Positions 38,010 through 51,169 of a DNA stretch of 55,423 bases are shown piece by piece (position 1 is the first letter of the stretch; each line of letters begins with the position of its first letter). Under the pieces are notes generated by a model. The model had not been told where the DNA came from. It ran no database searches and saw only the letters and a list, made by a program, of their open reading frames with translations. Origin of the DNA: Octopus sinensis (lineage: Eukaryota); contig NW_021833766.1 in NCBI RefSeq assembly GCF_006345805.1, positions 1 through 55,423 on the forward strand, given 5' to 3'. The position numbers and the translations under genes are program-made.

Positions 38010-38796
38010 ATATAATATATATATATATACAATAGTTATATGCATTTATATTCTTATTGTTCATCTTTCTTTTATTTCTATCTTTAGAAATAGCATGTTC
38101 CTAAAACGTGCATGCTGGTATATAAAAACAGGTATATGTATATATATATTTTACATCATCATTGCATTTCTTTCCTAGTTCTATAATAGTAACAATGTAT
38201 ATAAGAAATATATTTATGTTTATGGTATACATGGATACATATGTGACTGTTTTTATATATACATACATGTGTGGATATATAAATATATACTCACTACACA
38301 GTATGTGGGTTATACTTTCAACCCAACATATATCAATACTGATATATGCAGTAAGCCTAGGAAGAATATTAGTACGAAGTATACACACACACATATAATA
38401 TAGGTATGTGTGTAAACGTGAATGTTCGTGTATGTGTGTGTGTGTATGTGTGTGTATAAAACAATATACACTATCTTGTAGGCAGTTATATGGAAGAATG
38501 CTTATACAGGGTGGGTAAGAATATCTACTAATTTATTTTTGAACTAGATGGTAATAAATTAATTCTAATAGAGGTTAACTCAACTCTAGGATGGATACAG
38601 TTGCTTTGTCATGAAAGACAATGGTTAAGTTAGGTACTTCACAGATATAAAGAAACAGCTGATGAGTACTAAAAGGGTCAGTCTTCACCATTTTATCTCT
38701 CTGTTAGTTTCGAATCCTTATTTGTATCTTTGATTTTATTCTTCATTTTGTTTAGAAATTTATTTTATTATCATCTAACAACGAAGACAGAAATGT

Positions 38797-39099
38797 TGTT
38801 TGTTCCATCTCGACCCATGCTTGGCTCATTAGGGCCGGTTTCCCGGTTTCCTTGGCGTATAGGTTTCCCACCTGGACGGGACGCCGGTCCGTCGCAGGTG
38901 AGCTGCAAGATGCAGGAGGAAAGAGTGAGAGTAAGTTGTGGCGAAAGAATCAGCAGAAGTTCGCCATTACCTTCTGCCGGAGCCGCGTGGAGCTTAGGTG
39001 TTTCGCTCATAAACACACACATCGCCCGGTCTAAGATTCGAACCCGCGATCCCTCGACCGCGAGTCCGCTGCTTTAACCACTAAGCTATGAGTCTCCAC
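38797..39099 (-). mobile_element. SINE family C (tRNA-derived), tail type 1
   Basis: A box tagcttagtggttaa and B box ggttcgaatc; 13-bp target duplication AAGACAGAAATGT (38784) / AAGACATAAATGT (39100); AAC-type 3' end. Confidence 0.9.
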
Positions 39100-40497
39100 A
39101 AGACATAAATGTAATACCACTTCATAGATATTGACTTCAAAATCTCTTAGATAGAAAAACTCGAAGGCTGTCCAATGGTAGAATTTCTAACACGTTTTCA
39201 GGTGTGGGTTCGTATCCTGCAGTTAGCCCTTGATATTTTTCTATCCACATATTTTTGTTAATCCACTTACGTACTATAGTTTATGACTTTATCTATTCGG
39301 GTTCAAGTGTTAAAAACGAGATATTTCACGTATTCTCGAGGTTTCTAGATTCTTATAACGTTAAAACTATGTTATCGTGCTCGTGTTTGTTATTTATGGC
39401 ATAGCAGAATCACGACTGTATTATACTGCTAAGGTATATTAAACACATTTCAGGTAAAATATATTACTATGTAGAAGTCAGAAATGTAGATTCAATGTCG
39501 ACACGGTAAGCAAAGTAACTCGATAAATCTAATACTATAACATTGCTTGAATAATTCATACCGTCCTGCATACAAAAATTATAAAAAACGAAAATAAATT
39601 GCTTTTTTTTTTTAAATTTGAATTATAAAGGCCGTGGGTGTATGCGCAGAGATTGAGAAAAAAAAAAGATATAAAAAGATAGAATGTGTATGTGTAGTTG
39701 GGTGTGTGTGTGTGTTTGTGTGTGTTAGCAAATCTCATATTAGCAGACATGCATATACTTATATATAGATACACACATACATAGGAACATATATTCCGTA
39801 TATGTATGTATGTATATATATATATAATATATATTATATATAATATATTATATATATCTATATATATATATATATATATATACAATTCTACAAGCGTGTA
39901 TATGTGCGTGTAGAAGTATACATATAAATACAATATGCATACATATATATATTTGAATGTGTGCTTGGTGTGTGTATATATAGATACAGAAATAAAAAGA
40001 AAAGGAAAGAGATGGAGAAAGAGAAGTAGAGGGAGAGAGAGAGTGAATCAGTTGGAAGTCATTAACTATTTTGCTTTGAAGCAAGACTAGTTTATCAAAT
40101 CTCGCTATCGGGTGCCAAATAAATCTAGTGTGACATTTCCGTCTCAGTAGCTACCCGGGTATCATACATACTGGTTATAAATTTAAAAGTGTATAATTAA
40201 TATGTTAATTAGATGTCTCTATTTTGAAAGCAAGTGTTTGCTTCTCTTACCTGTCAAAAAAATGTACCATAGTTCCGCTTTCATAATACACTGTAGCTAC
40301 ATAATACACTTTTCTTACCGTAGGGATTTCAAGGCCCACCACCAACATTTTTTAACCTACGGTAAAAAAACTTTCCTCGCCGAAGCGAAATAAATGGTTT
40401 CAAGCGCGGAATTTGTTTTTAGCGATATGTTGTACAAAAATCTTCCGTTACAACCAGTTTCTTTAACTTAGAGTATGTGAAATTGAGCCGTCTTCTA

Positions 40498-40770
40498 CGT
40501 GGGGATGCTGAAAAGTTCCTAGCTTTGGGTAAAAAAAAAATACAGGAGAGTCAGTTAATTATGACTTTATTTAAAATATTCACCTCTCAGATTCACACAC
40601 TTACTTTCAGCAATCCTTCAGTTTTTCCTAAGCCCGGTAATGAACTCAGAAGTTTCTGGTAATTGTGATTTTATTCAATATATTCACACAATTATTGCAG
40701 CGGTTTTTCTAAGCCTTGTAAAAGAAATTTCGCGACACCCTTCAAGCGAGGAAATTTTAAGTAATCTTCG
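40498..40770 (-). mobile_element. Mariner-type MITE (same family as 10283), inverted, with an internal partial duplication
   Basis: TA-CGTGGGGATGCTGAAAAGTTCC terminus; interior is the reverse complement of the 10283 copy (cctctcagattcacacactta). Confidence 0.75.
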
Positions 40771-41281
40771 TAAGATGTTTTCCTCTTAAAAAAGGATTCC
40801 ATTCCAAACATTGGATTTTCCATTCCTTATGACGATTCACCGTACACTTTTTTAATGAATTTTACAAAATGGAAGACAAGTCTTTCCCATATTACATTGT
40901 AAGCTTGTGTATGTCGAGTTGGATTTCAGATGGTGGACAGAAGCGAGTTTGAAAAATACTGTTCAATGACATATTGACAGTGATGGAGAAAATACAAATA
41001 GCGATATCATTGTTGATGTTGTTGTTCAGTTCTATTCCAGGACGAGCAAGTGTGAACACAATACTTAATATTATAATATTTATAATACGATATGACGATA
41101 TGGCGGCAGTCATAAAACAGGGGCAGACTGAGTAGTTACCTGTGGTAACTACGTATTCTGTGTTGGGATGAAAGGCAACGACCATCTCGGCGAATTTACG
41201 ACGGACAATATGCCGCTAAGCATTTTGCCCGATGTGCTATCGATTCTATCTGCTTCCCTTTTAAGCCATGTCGTTAATAAT

Positions 41282-41495
41282 CCTTTCTAGTATAGGCACA
41301 AGGCCTGAAATTTTGAGGGAGAGGACCCGCTGATTGCATTGACCCCAGTGTTTCACTGGTACTTAGTTTATCGACCCCAAAAGGATGACAAGCAAAGTTG
41401 ACTTCGGTGGAATTTGAACCTAAAATGTGAAGACAGAGAAAGTTCCGCAAAGCATTTTGCCCGGCGTGTTAACGATTCTGCCTGCTCTACGCCTT
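41282..41495 (-). mobile_element. SINE family B, tail type A
   Basis: 15-bp target duplication CATGTCGTTAATAAT (41267) / CATGACGTTAATAAT (41496). Confidence 0.9.
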
Positions 41496-41524
41496 CATGA
41501 CGTTAATAATGCTGATATATTTGT

Positions 41525-41742
41525 AAGGCGGCGAGCTGGCAGAAACGTTAGCACGCCGGGAAAAATACCTGTCGTTATGTTCTGAGTTCAAATTCCGCCG
41601 AGGTCGACTTTGCCTTTCATCCTTTTGGAGTCGATTAAATAAGTACCATTTAATTACTAGGGTCGATGTAATCGACTTAATACCCTTGTCTGTCCTTGTT
41701 TGTCTCCTCTATGTTTAGCCCCTTGTGGGCAATAAAGAAATA
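41525..41742 (+). mobile_element. SINE family B, tail type B
   Basis: ggcggcgagctggcagaaacgttagc head, gagttcaaattcc B box; perfect 17-bp target duplication AATGCTGATATATTTGT (41508 / 41743). Confidence 0.92.
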
Positions 41743-42727
41743 AATGCTGATATATTTGTGGTTTTTTACTGCATATTTTCCAGTATGTCCTTCGTGATTT
41801 TAAAGAGACGGCAGGAAGTGAGCAGAGGAAGATTTAGCTGTTATTTCAATAAATATGACAAGAAACCAAGTAGATGTTTCCTCATTGGTTCACTATTGTT
41901 GATGATCTTGTGTTAGATGTGGTGTTGACTGGAGTATTGACAATGATGTTATGCTTCTAGAGGTATAAATATGGAGAATTAATTTGGTTACATTTTACAA
42001 TGAAATTCCTGAAATTTCGCTCATTGATATGACGTGAAACTCCTCCCTAAATTAATTCCATTGAGTCACGTTTGCAATTCTATGAGATCGTGGAGGGTAC
42101 GTGGGAGAAGTTCATTACAGGTGAGTGAAAATCGAGAGAAGTGGGGAGGCGAGACGAGAGAGAGTGAAGAGAGCGAGAGAGAGAGAGAGAGAGAGAGAGT
42201 GAAAGAGAGAGAGATAAAGGAAGGCGTAATAATACAATGCATGTGTATGAGAAAGTTAATTTGTAAGCGGTGTTGTGTGACTGAGAAAGGAGAGAAAGAA
42301 AGAACAAGACGAAGAGAGAATGGGGGAGGGAGGAGAGAGAGGGATGAAGCGAGAGAAAGGGAAGTGAGGATGTGAGGTAAGGACTATCCAATTAAGTGCG
42401 GACAGCATCTGTGCAGATCAATGAGTACATTTGATCGAATTATCACATCTTTTCGATACTGCATGCAGATTTGCGCACAGAGATTACATGTGTGTGTGGG
42501 GGGGGAGTGATTAGTGCGTTTATGTGTGTGAGTGGGCTTCAGCGAGTGTGTGTACAAGAGCGTGTGTATTTGTGATTAAAGATACATGTGTCTACAAGTG
42601 TGTATAAGCATGGATATATATATATATACCGTCATACCTGTATTTATTTATATATATACATATGAATGTATATATATATATATGTGTGATCGTATGTGTA
42701 TGTAAATGTATATATATATATATAATA

Positions 42728-42763
<36 letters not shown>

Positions 42764-43302
42764 ATGTATGTACAGATATGTGTGTGTGAGTGTGTGTATA
42801 TGTGTGTATGTGTGTGCGTGTGTGTGTGTGCGCGCGCGTGCGTGTGCATAGAGGAAACGCACAATAAGTTTAATGAATCTAGAGTAGAATGAACTGAAAA
42901 GGTGGTGAAGAGCGATATAGAGAACTTCTCAGCTGAAAGTTTACGAAGTGAGGATGGGTTCTAAGATTTACCGAATCTCAGACAATAAAAGATATGACAC
43001 AACTGATGTGTCACACATACACACGCATGCACATACACACACACACACACACGCACACACACACGACGTCTATAATACATGGTAACACAATTCCACGACT
43101 GTCCCCTCATCTCCAGAAAATATGCTTGACCCTTTCTTCAATGGGATGTTAACTTTGATTCTTCAGATTATCTCCCCTTTTCATATGCAGACAAGCTTTT
43201 TCGTCATTGGGTGTTTCAATCACAGCCACCTGAAGAACCGAGGTTGTATGGTATTTGATGAACCTATATTTTTCGATGTTCTTTAAATGCTTGTCACTAG
43301 AT

Positions 43303-43570
43303 CAGTGGTTCTCAGACACTTTTTTCTATGTACTTTCCATTTTACTATACTGGACCCTCATAGTAATTCAGTGTTTTAAAAAATTCCTATTATGTTTTTG
43401 CAGCTAGATATTATTAGGTATTGTATAAAAACATTTGTTAAAATATGCTGCTTATTAAAGACGTATAAGCAATTTATTGCACATCAGGTTTAACAACAAA
43501 ATCTTACGTGGACCCTCAAGGGTCATGTGAACTCGATAAGGGTCCTGTGGACCCCGGTTGGATACCACTG
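43303..43570. mobile_element. hAT (Charlie-like) MITE
   Basis: TIRs CAGTGGTTCTCA ... TTGGATACCACTG; 8-bp target duplication CACTAGAT / CACTAGAC; internal GGACCC repeats. Confidence 0.85.
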
Positions 43571-43699
43571 CACTAGACTTTGAAAGTTGATTCACTTCGT
43601 TCATTCTTGTGTGTTTACACATACACATCCATGCAATACACCTATGCATATATGTATATATATATATTATATATATATATATATATAATATATATATAT

Positions 43700-43820
43700 A
43701 TGACTGCTCGCTTAGCCAGCGGGGTCGCGTCATTCGAAGGCTAAAACAATGCGAATGCATTGTGACCAGCGATGTGTAACAACATCTGATGGTCTGGTCT
43801 GTCACGTGATCACGTGATAT
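43700..43820 (+). mobile_element. Probable retroposon 3' tail inserted in (TA)n
   Basis: GC-richer 120-nt segment ending in tandem CACGTGAT units, with TA runs on both sides. Confidence 0.45.
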
Positions 43821-43996
43821 ATATATATATATATATATACGTTTATATATTTGTTTTGCAAGATTTTTGATGTGAAATCGAGTGTTGAAACAGATATTGT
43901 TGTATTTAGGAATGATCATTTTGCCAGTTTAGCCAATAAAAAACACACGCACTATATATTTGGTGTTACTTTGCTTTGGCGTTATTTATTTTTTAC

Positions 43997-44372
43997 GTGG
44001 AGGCGCAATGGCCCAGTGGTTAGGGCAGCGGACTCGCGGTTTCGATTCCCAGACCGGGCGTTGTGAGTTTTACTGAGCGAAAACACCTAAAGCTCCACGA
44101 GGCTCCGGCAGGGGATGGTGGTGATCCCTGCTGTACTCTTTCACCACAACTTTCTCTCACTCTTACTTCCTGTTTCTGTTGTAACTGTATTTCAAAGGGC
44201 CGGCCTTGTCACTCTCTGTGTCACGCTGAATATCCCCGAGAACTGCGTTAAGGGTACACGTGTCTGTGGAGTGCTCAGCCACTTACACGTTAATTTCACG
44301 AGCAGGCTGTTCTGTTGATCGGATCAACCGGAACCCTCGTCGTCGTAACCGACGGAGTGCTTCCACCACCAC
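43997..44372 (+). mobile_element. SINE family C (tRNA-derived), tail type 2
   Basis: Head tggcccagtggttagggcagcggactcgcgg...ttcgattccc is shared with the 38797 copy; 13-bp target duplication ATTTATTTTTTAC (43984 / 44373); (CCA)n end. Confidence 0.9.
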
Positions 44373-45210
44373 ATTTATTTTTTACATCAATCTTAATCTT
44401 ATTTCGGCCAGAGTTAATATTATTAATACTATAGATAGATACATACATGCATACATACATACATACATACATACATACATACATACATACATACATACAT
44501 ACATACATACATACATACATACTTACATACATACACGTATGTATGCATGTATGTAGGAGATTATATTAATTTTTATTAAATACTTAGTTACCGCATTCTT
44601 TCCTGACCAACGTGCGTTTCAACTGCATCGACTGCACATTGTTAGATATGCATCCTAGCGTCCTTGCATGTACATTATTAATACTGTTACTCTACGGAAA
44701 CTATGCAATCCCAAATAGGATACTCGGGTTTACCAAGCAAGAATTATCTTTAGAGTCTAGCAACTTATTGTTAACACTGGTATCACTAAAGGACCGTTGG
44801 TGCTAGCTGGCATCTGAAACCGATTAAAGAAGAAACGCGATATGTATATATGCATATATAGAATATGTGACGTTTAGCTCAGTGATGATCTAAAACAATA
44901 GTACGCTGTATAAGTGCTATAATTGGTCATCCGTTAGATTCCAAGCTCACAGCTGAGGCTGGAGCTAGGGATGCGTAGTATGCTTCCGAGTCAGCAGGTG
45001 TATATTAAAAAAAAAAGGAAAACAAAACCAAGGCAAGACGAGTATCTCAGGAATTTAGAATATTTAATTAGAGTAAGGTAAATTAAAAATGGAGAAGTAG
45101 AAGTAATTATATCCATTTTTATTCACCTTATTCTAAATGATCTGAGATGCTCGCCCTGCCCTGGGTTTTTTGTTTTCCTTTTCCTTTTATATATCTATAT
45201 ATATATATAC

Positions 45211-45247
<37 letters not shown>

Positions 45248-45574
45248 ATATGAGAGAGAGAGAGAGAGAGAGAGATACAACATACATACATACATACATA
45301 CATACATACATACATACATACATACATACATACATACATACATAATACATGCATATATCTCTTCATTCACCAGAGCCAATAGCACACGAAAAAAAAATGT
45401 AAAATATACTTTAATATATCATATTTGAAATGCCGCGATTTTTTGAGACGCACTATTCGATGTAGTGTAAAAATAATATCTATCATTACTAAATATTTAA
45501 AAGTTTCTCTGAAAGTGGCGTCACCAGATGCATACGTACAACTTTGACGTTAATCAGTCACTATTGATATATAT

Positions 45575-45970
45575 GAGTGGCTGTGTGGTAAGTAGCTTGC
45601 TAACCATCCACATGGTTCCGGGTTCAGTCCCACTGCGTGGCATCTTGGCCAAGTGTCTTCTGCTATAGCCTCGGGCCGACCAATGCCTTGTGAGTGGATT
45701 TGGTAGACGGAAACTGAAAGAAGCCTGTCGTATATATGTATATATATGTATGTGTGTGTATGTGTTTGTGTGTCTGTGTTTGTCCCCCTAGCATTGCTTG
45801 ACAACCGATGCTGGTGTGCTTACGTCACTTATCGGTTCGGCAAAAGAGACCGATAGAATAAGTACTGGGCTTACAAAGAATAAGTCCCGGGGTCGATTTG
45901 CTCGACTAAAGGCGGTGTTCCAGCATGGCCGCAGTCAAATGACCGAAACACAAGTAAAAGAGTAAAAGAG
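45575..45970 (+). mobile_element. SINE family A, nearly full length
   Basis: Head, CORE-like segment, microsatellite and tail all present. Confidence 0.92.
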
Positions 45971-45973
45971 AGG

Positions 45974-46028
<55 letters not shown>

Positions 46029-46083
46029 AAAAGAGATACAATACAGATATATACACACACACACATTATCTGTGTATTTATAT

Positions 46084-46431
46084 ATTCTCTTATTCTTTTA
46101 TTTGTTTCAGTCATTCGACTGCGGCCATGCTGGAGCACCGCTTTTAGTCGAACAAATCGACCCCCGGACTTATTCTCTGGATGCCTAGTACTTATTCTAA
46201 CGGTCTCTTTTGCCGTACTGCTAAGTAAACACGCCGACATCCGTTAGCAAGTGATGATGAGGGGACAAACACAGATACACAAACATATATATTATATATA
46301 TATATATATATACGACCAGCCTCTTTCAATTTCCGTCTACCAAATCCGCTCACAAGGCTTTGGTCGGCCCGAGGCTATAGTAGAAGACATTTGCCCAAGG
46401 TGCCACGCAATGGGACTGAACTCGGAACGCA
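46084..46431 (-). mobile_element. SINE family A
   Basis: Reverse complement of the neighbouring copy. Confidence 0.9.
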
Positions 46432-46442
46432 TGTAGATAGAC

Positions 46443-46780
46443 GAATTTGGTAAACGAAAACTGAAAGAACCCCGTCGTATAGATCTATATGTGTATGTGT
46501 GTGTACGTGTATGTGTGCGAACGTGTGTGCGTGTGTGTGTGTGTGTGTGAATGCGTGTGTGTGTCTATGTGTCTGTATTTGTTCACCCCACTATCGCAGG
46601 ACAACCGATGCTGGTGTGTTTACGTCCGCGAAACTGGCCGTTCGGCAAAATTGACCGATAGAATAAGTACTTGGTTTACAAAGAGTAAGTTCAGAGAGCG
46701 ATCTATTCGACTAAAGGCCGTCCTCCAGCATGGCCGCAGTCAAAATGGCTGAAACAAGTAAAAATAAAAGAAAAAAAAGA
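46443..46780 (+). mobile_element. SINE family A, 5'-truncated
   Basis: aactgaaagaaccccgtcgtata, microsatellite, then tail ctccagcatggccgcagtcaaa. Confidence 0.85.
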
Positions 46781-47597
46781 ATGTATATTTGTCCAAAATC
46801 ATGCATTAGGAGTGAATGGTGAATGGAGAGTAATTCAATGAAAAAGCAGTAGTGGGAGTAATAGCCACGACTGAGTGTGAATAAGAGAAAGTAAGAGCAA
46901 TGAGAGAGAGAGGAAGTGGCAAAGAGAGCGTCGTGTATCTTCCACTATAATAATCAGTTATAATAATACACTTGTGTATTCCTCCATCACAACATATGAA
47001 TGAGAAAGGAAGTGGTGATTCACCAATGGAAGTGGGATGGTGAAATGTAAATGGTGAAACAAAGATCAAACAGTGTTTCAACTCTGTGTGAGTATATGTG
47101 TGTGCGTATGAAAGGGAGGAATGTGAATGTTTGTGTAAAATGTATTTATATATTTCAGTGAGTGTATATGTGTTTGTGGATGTTTATTTAGAAAGATACA
47201 CAGAAGATGGCATTACGGACGCGCATTACACATACATATATACAGACACACTTAAAAAGGAAGGAAGCGCGCTGTGACATTATATAGAAAACCGCCTTCG
47301 CTACGGACTCTACTACTCATATATATAAATTTATACACATGCACATACGCACACAAGCGAGCGCGCGGGCACACACACAAACACACACACACACAGTTGA
47401 AGCACTGATTTTTCCCCCACCTTTTTGTACCCTTTTAATATCAAAATACTACAATTAGCCGTCATTTTTGATGGCACAGGATTTGCTATACACAAACACA
47501 AGCACATATATATGTATATAAACGTATATGCAACTATGCATGTATTTACACACATATGTATGCACACACCTGTATACACACCTGTATACATATACAG

Positions 47598-47636
<39 letters not shown>

Positions 47637-47646
47637 GTGTGTGTGT

Positions 47647-47678
<32 letters not shown>

Positions 47679-47680
<2 letters not shown>

Positions 47681-47750
47681 CGAGGTGTGATCAATAAGTA
47701 TTCAGAATGTTGCCATAGTAACGAATCTAAAAGACGCGGAGTGAAACACG
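47679..47750 (+). mobile_element. Isolated mariner-type terminus
   Basis: TA-CGAGGTGTGATCAATAAGT at the end of a TA run; no partner TIR seen. Confidence 0.4.
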
Positions 47751-48026
47751 GATGGACAGAGACAGACAGACAGACAAACAGATAGATAGACAGGTAGAAG
47801 GAGAAGGAGAGAGAAAGAGAGAGGGAGGGTAGGTAGACATGTAGGTAGATAGAGGAATGAATATACATAAGTTACTTGATGAATAGGTAAATATTTAGAT
47901 TGGTGGTTAGACCTATCTAACTAAATATGCATCAATTTATCTTTCTATAGATCGATGAGTAGACGGAAAGGTGTTTATACAGGTAAATAGAGAAATAAAT
48001 AGACTGATGAATAAACAGATAAATAG

Positions 48027-48108
<82 letters not shown>

Positions 48109-49032
48109 AAAAGGAGAGAGAGTGGAGAGAAATAGATACCTGTATGAATAAAATAGTAAGAGAGACATGCAAAAAATTCCAGAAAACAAAGTTTAAGAAA
48201 TAAAAATGAGGCAAAATGCAAATAGATATACATGAGGAAACATTATAGTTTGGAACATATTTCAAAGACAAAATAATAATACATTAAAAGTTCCACCCAC
48301 CCCCATACCAAAAAGAAAGGAATAAATTCCAAAATAGTATAAATTAGAAAGAGATAATGTAAAAGAACGCAAGAATCAAAGTGAAACAAAATGGCCGCCA
48401 GCATGTGAATAAGTGCAAGCTGATAAGTTTAAAAGAGAAGACGAAAGAAACTGAAGGAGAAGGTGATAGAGAACAGTGAGAGCGCAGAAATTCATCAATA
48501 TAAAACGTGAGTAATTGATGTTATGCTGTATATAGTGCCATTAATATTACCTGGTCGATAACCTAATGGTAAACTTTTATAACACATTTTTCCACATTGA
48601 AAAATTTGATGGAATTACTTCTACTTCAGCATATTAATAAAAAATGCATTATGAAAAATATGGTATTTGATAAATATATATAAACAGGTAGACATACATA
48701 CTCGCTGAGACATGCAAAGAAGACATACAAAATGACACATACACAGGGACAGAGTTACAGAGACATAAATAATGGTAAACAGACATACACATCCAACTCT
48801 AATCCTCGACACACAAACACACAGGTAAAACATCACTCACAAACACGTCAGAATTTGTTTATGTGAGTGAATATATATATATATATATAGGTAGGTAGAA
48901 GCATGTGTATGTGTATGTGTGTATACAGAGAGACAGAAAGAGAGAGGGAAAGAGAGAGAAAAGGGGAGGAGAGAGACACAAGCTAACAAACACAGAAGAA
49001 TGAAAGAATGAAGAAAGATACACACACACACA

Positions 49033-49064
<32 letters not shown>

Positions 49065-49739
49065 TACACATACAAACTGACTGGAAGAAAAGGTTGTGAG
49101 AAAGCGAAAGTAGAAATTTTACACTGATCTTTTGGCATGGCATTTCCCAGGTCATCGAAATGTCGATTGGTGCATAAATTAGATTGAACAATTTTACCTG
49201 TGTTTTATTTATTTATTTATTTATTTATTTTATTTTATTTGCTGGAGCGAGGAATTATCGTCTATTATTTAATTGGTTTCGCCATAACCGACCACGATGC
49301 ATGTGTGTGTGCGTGTGTGTGTGTGCGTGCGTGCGTGCGTGTGTGTGGTGTGTGAGTGTGTTGTGTGTGTGTGTCGACAGACTAATCAAGAGGAGGAGAT
49401 GAGGGAGAAGATAGAATTGGGAAAGGGACAGATGCTCACAGAATTTTTTTTTTTAGGGATATTGCCAGAACTAAAACGAAATCCCGAGTGATTTTCTTTA
49501 TGAAATATATCCGATATATATTGATTCTAAAGATTGATACATGCCTTTTTATGGCCACTCGCCGGTATTGTAACAATGCAGGTCGGGTGAGGTGAAGGAC
49601 AAGATGTAGAGATTAAGCTGCATGCATCTAATGATGTTTAACCTTTTCAGATAATCATGAACTAGACTTCGCCTTTCATATTTCCCATTCTGTTCAGATT
49701 CTTTAAAGAAATTTCGAAATCCTGACATGGAACACATGT

Positions 49740-49772
<33 letters not shown>

Positions 49773-49985
49773 CACACACACATTATGGCCACATGATGCT
49801 CGTGCAAAATACTACGAAATGAAGGAACGCACTCGGTATTGTTACGAAGACTAGGAAAATGTCTTCACAGTTGACATTTTGAATTTCGCTACTTCTGGAT
49901 ACTCGACCTCAATCCTCAGACAGCAAGTTCTGGAATGCACTCAGGCATGACAAATTATCTCTTTTTCTCTTTCCCTCTCCTTCTC

Positions 49986-50043
<58 letters not shown>

Positions 50044-50824
50044 CAATTATTAAGGTGACTAGACACAATTTAAAATCAAAAGTATACAATTCAAGAGTCA
50101 CTATGTATGTATATATATGTATATATATGTATATATATACAAACACGCGTGTGTGTATGTGAGTGTGTGTGCACGTGCGTGTGAGTAAAATGTTCCTGTG
50201 CGTTTTTCGTGAGAGCAAATCTTAAAGAAATAGTATTACATTTATTTATTAGGTAATGTTCTCAACTGATTTGCATTGATTCATTCATCTACGTATTCCT
50301 GACTTTGGTCTCACAGACATGTTGTCTCCTACATTGTATTCTGTCTCTGCTCTAAATTCCTTTACATCTCGGAATAGTTTAATTCTCAGCCACTTCTTTT
50401 CAGACAACCTGGAATCAGAAGTCGCATTTTTTCTCATTTCTCGTATTGTATTCAGTTCTTCGACCTCAAAGCTCACCATATTTCGATCTGCAATTTTTTT
50501 CAAACACAAGGTTAACTGTGTTGTTGTCATCACTCATGACAAGCATAATTTGAAGGACAACATCACGGACCTTCCCTCTACAGACCAAGTCAATAGAATT
50601 ATATAAAATGATGACATCAATGTCTGTGAAGAGACTTCCAAGTGTTCTGTGAACAATTACATTAAAATTGAGATGTTACTACGTTCTTTAGTAATCTCGT
50701 AAAATACAAATACATAATCACTGCGAATTTTTTTAAAAAATCGATCACTGTGCTTCAACAAAACATTGCTCAACTCTTAGAGGCGTTATAAATACTTGAT
50801 TACGAAATCTCTTAAGAAATCTTA

Positions 50825-51005
50825 TGGCAGGGTCAGAATCATTAGCAAATCAGTAAGTTTCCGGTTCTTTACGTTCTGAGTCCAAATTTCGTTTCCTATC
50901 GACTTTGTTTTTCATCGTTTGGGGTCGATAAAATAACTGCCTGTTGAGCAACTGGGCTCGATGTAATCAATTACAGGTCGGCTTCCGGCCCAAATTTCAG
51001 GATTT
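50825..51005 (+). mobile_element. SINE family B, decayed
   Basis: ttacgttctgagtccaaatt...tcgactttg...ggggtcgataaaataa...aaatttcagg. Confidence 0.7.
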
Positions 51006-51169
51006 CCATCAAAAACTTTCCCTGGGTACCAATCCAATATATTCACTGCGCATGACTGATTGACTATTGGTGTTTTTCTCCCGTTTTTATTCTTGAAATA
51101 AACACACAAACACACACACATCATATACATAGAAATACATATATGAATATTTATTTATATATATATATA

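Noticed and set aside
39030-39099. tRNA gene candidates (also 43997-44060 and about 39165-39230)
   Set aside because: SINE heads: they continue into SINE bodies or are decayed, and no complete cloverleaf is present.
42034-42126. Possible coding exon ending CAG|GTGAGT
   Set aside because: No convincing upstream acceptor, and the peptide is not recognisable.
42880-43290. Faint RTE-like peptide hints (KVVKSD; IPLKKG)
   Set aside because: Too short and on opposite strands; compatible with chance.
50285-50606. Overlapping 82-aa and 95-aa ORFs, possibly a LINE remnant
   Set aside because: No diagnostic motif recognised; cannot be supported without a blastx search.
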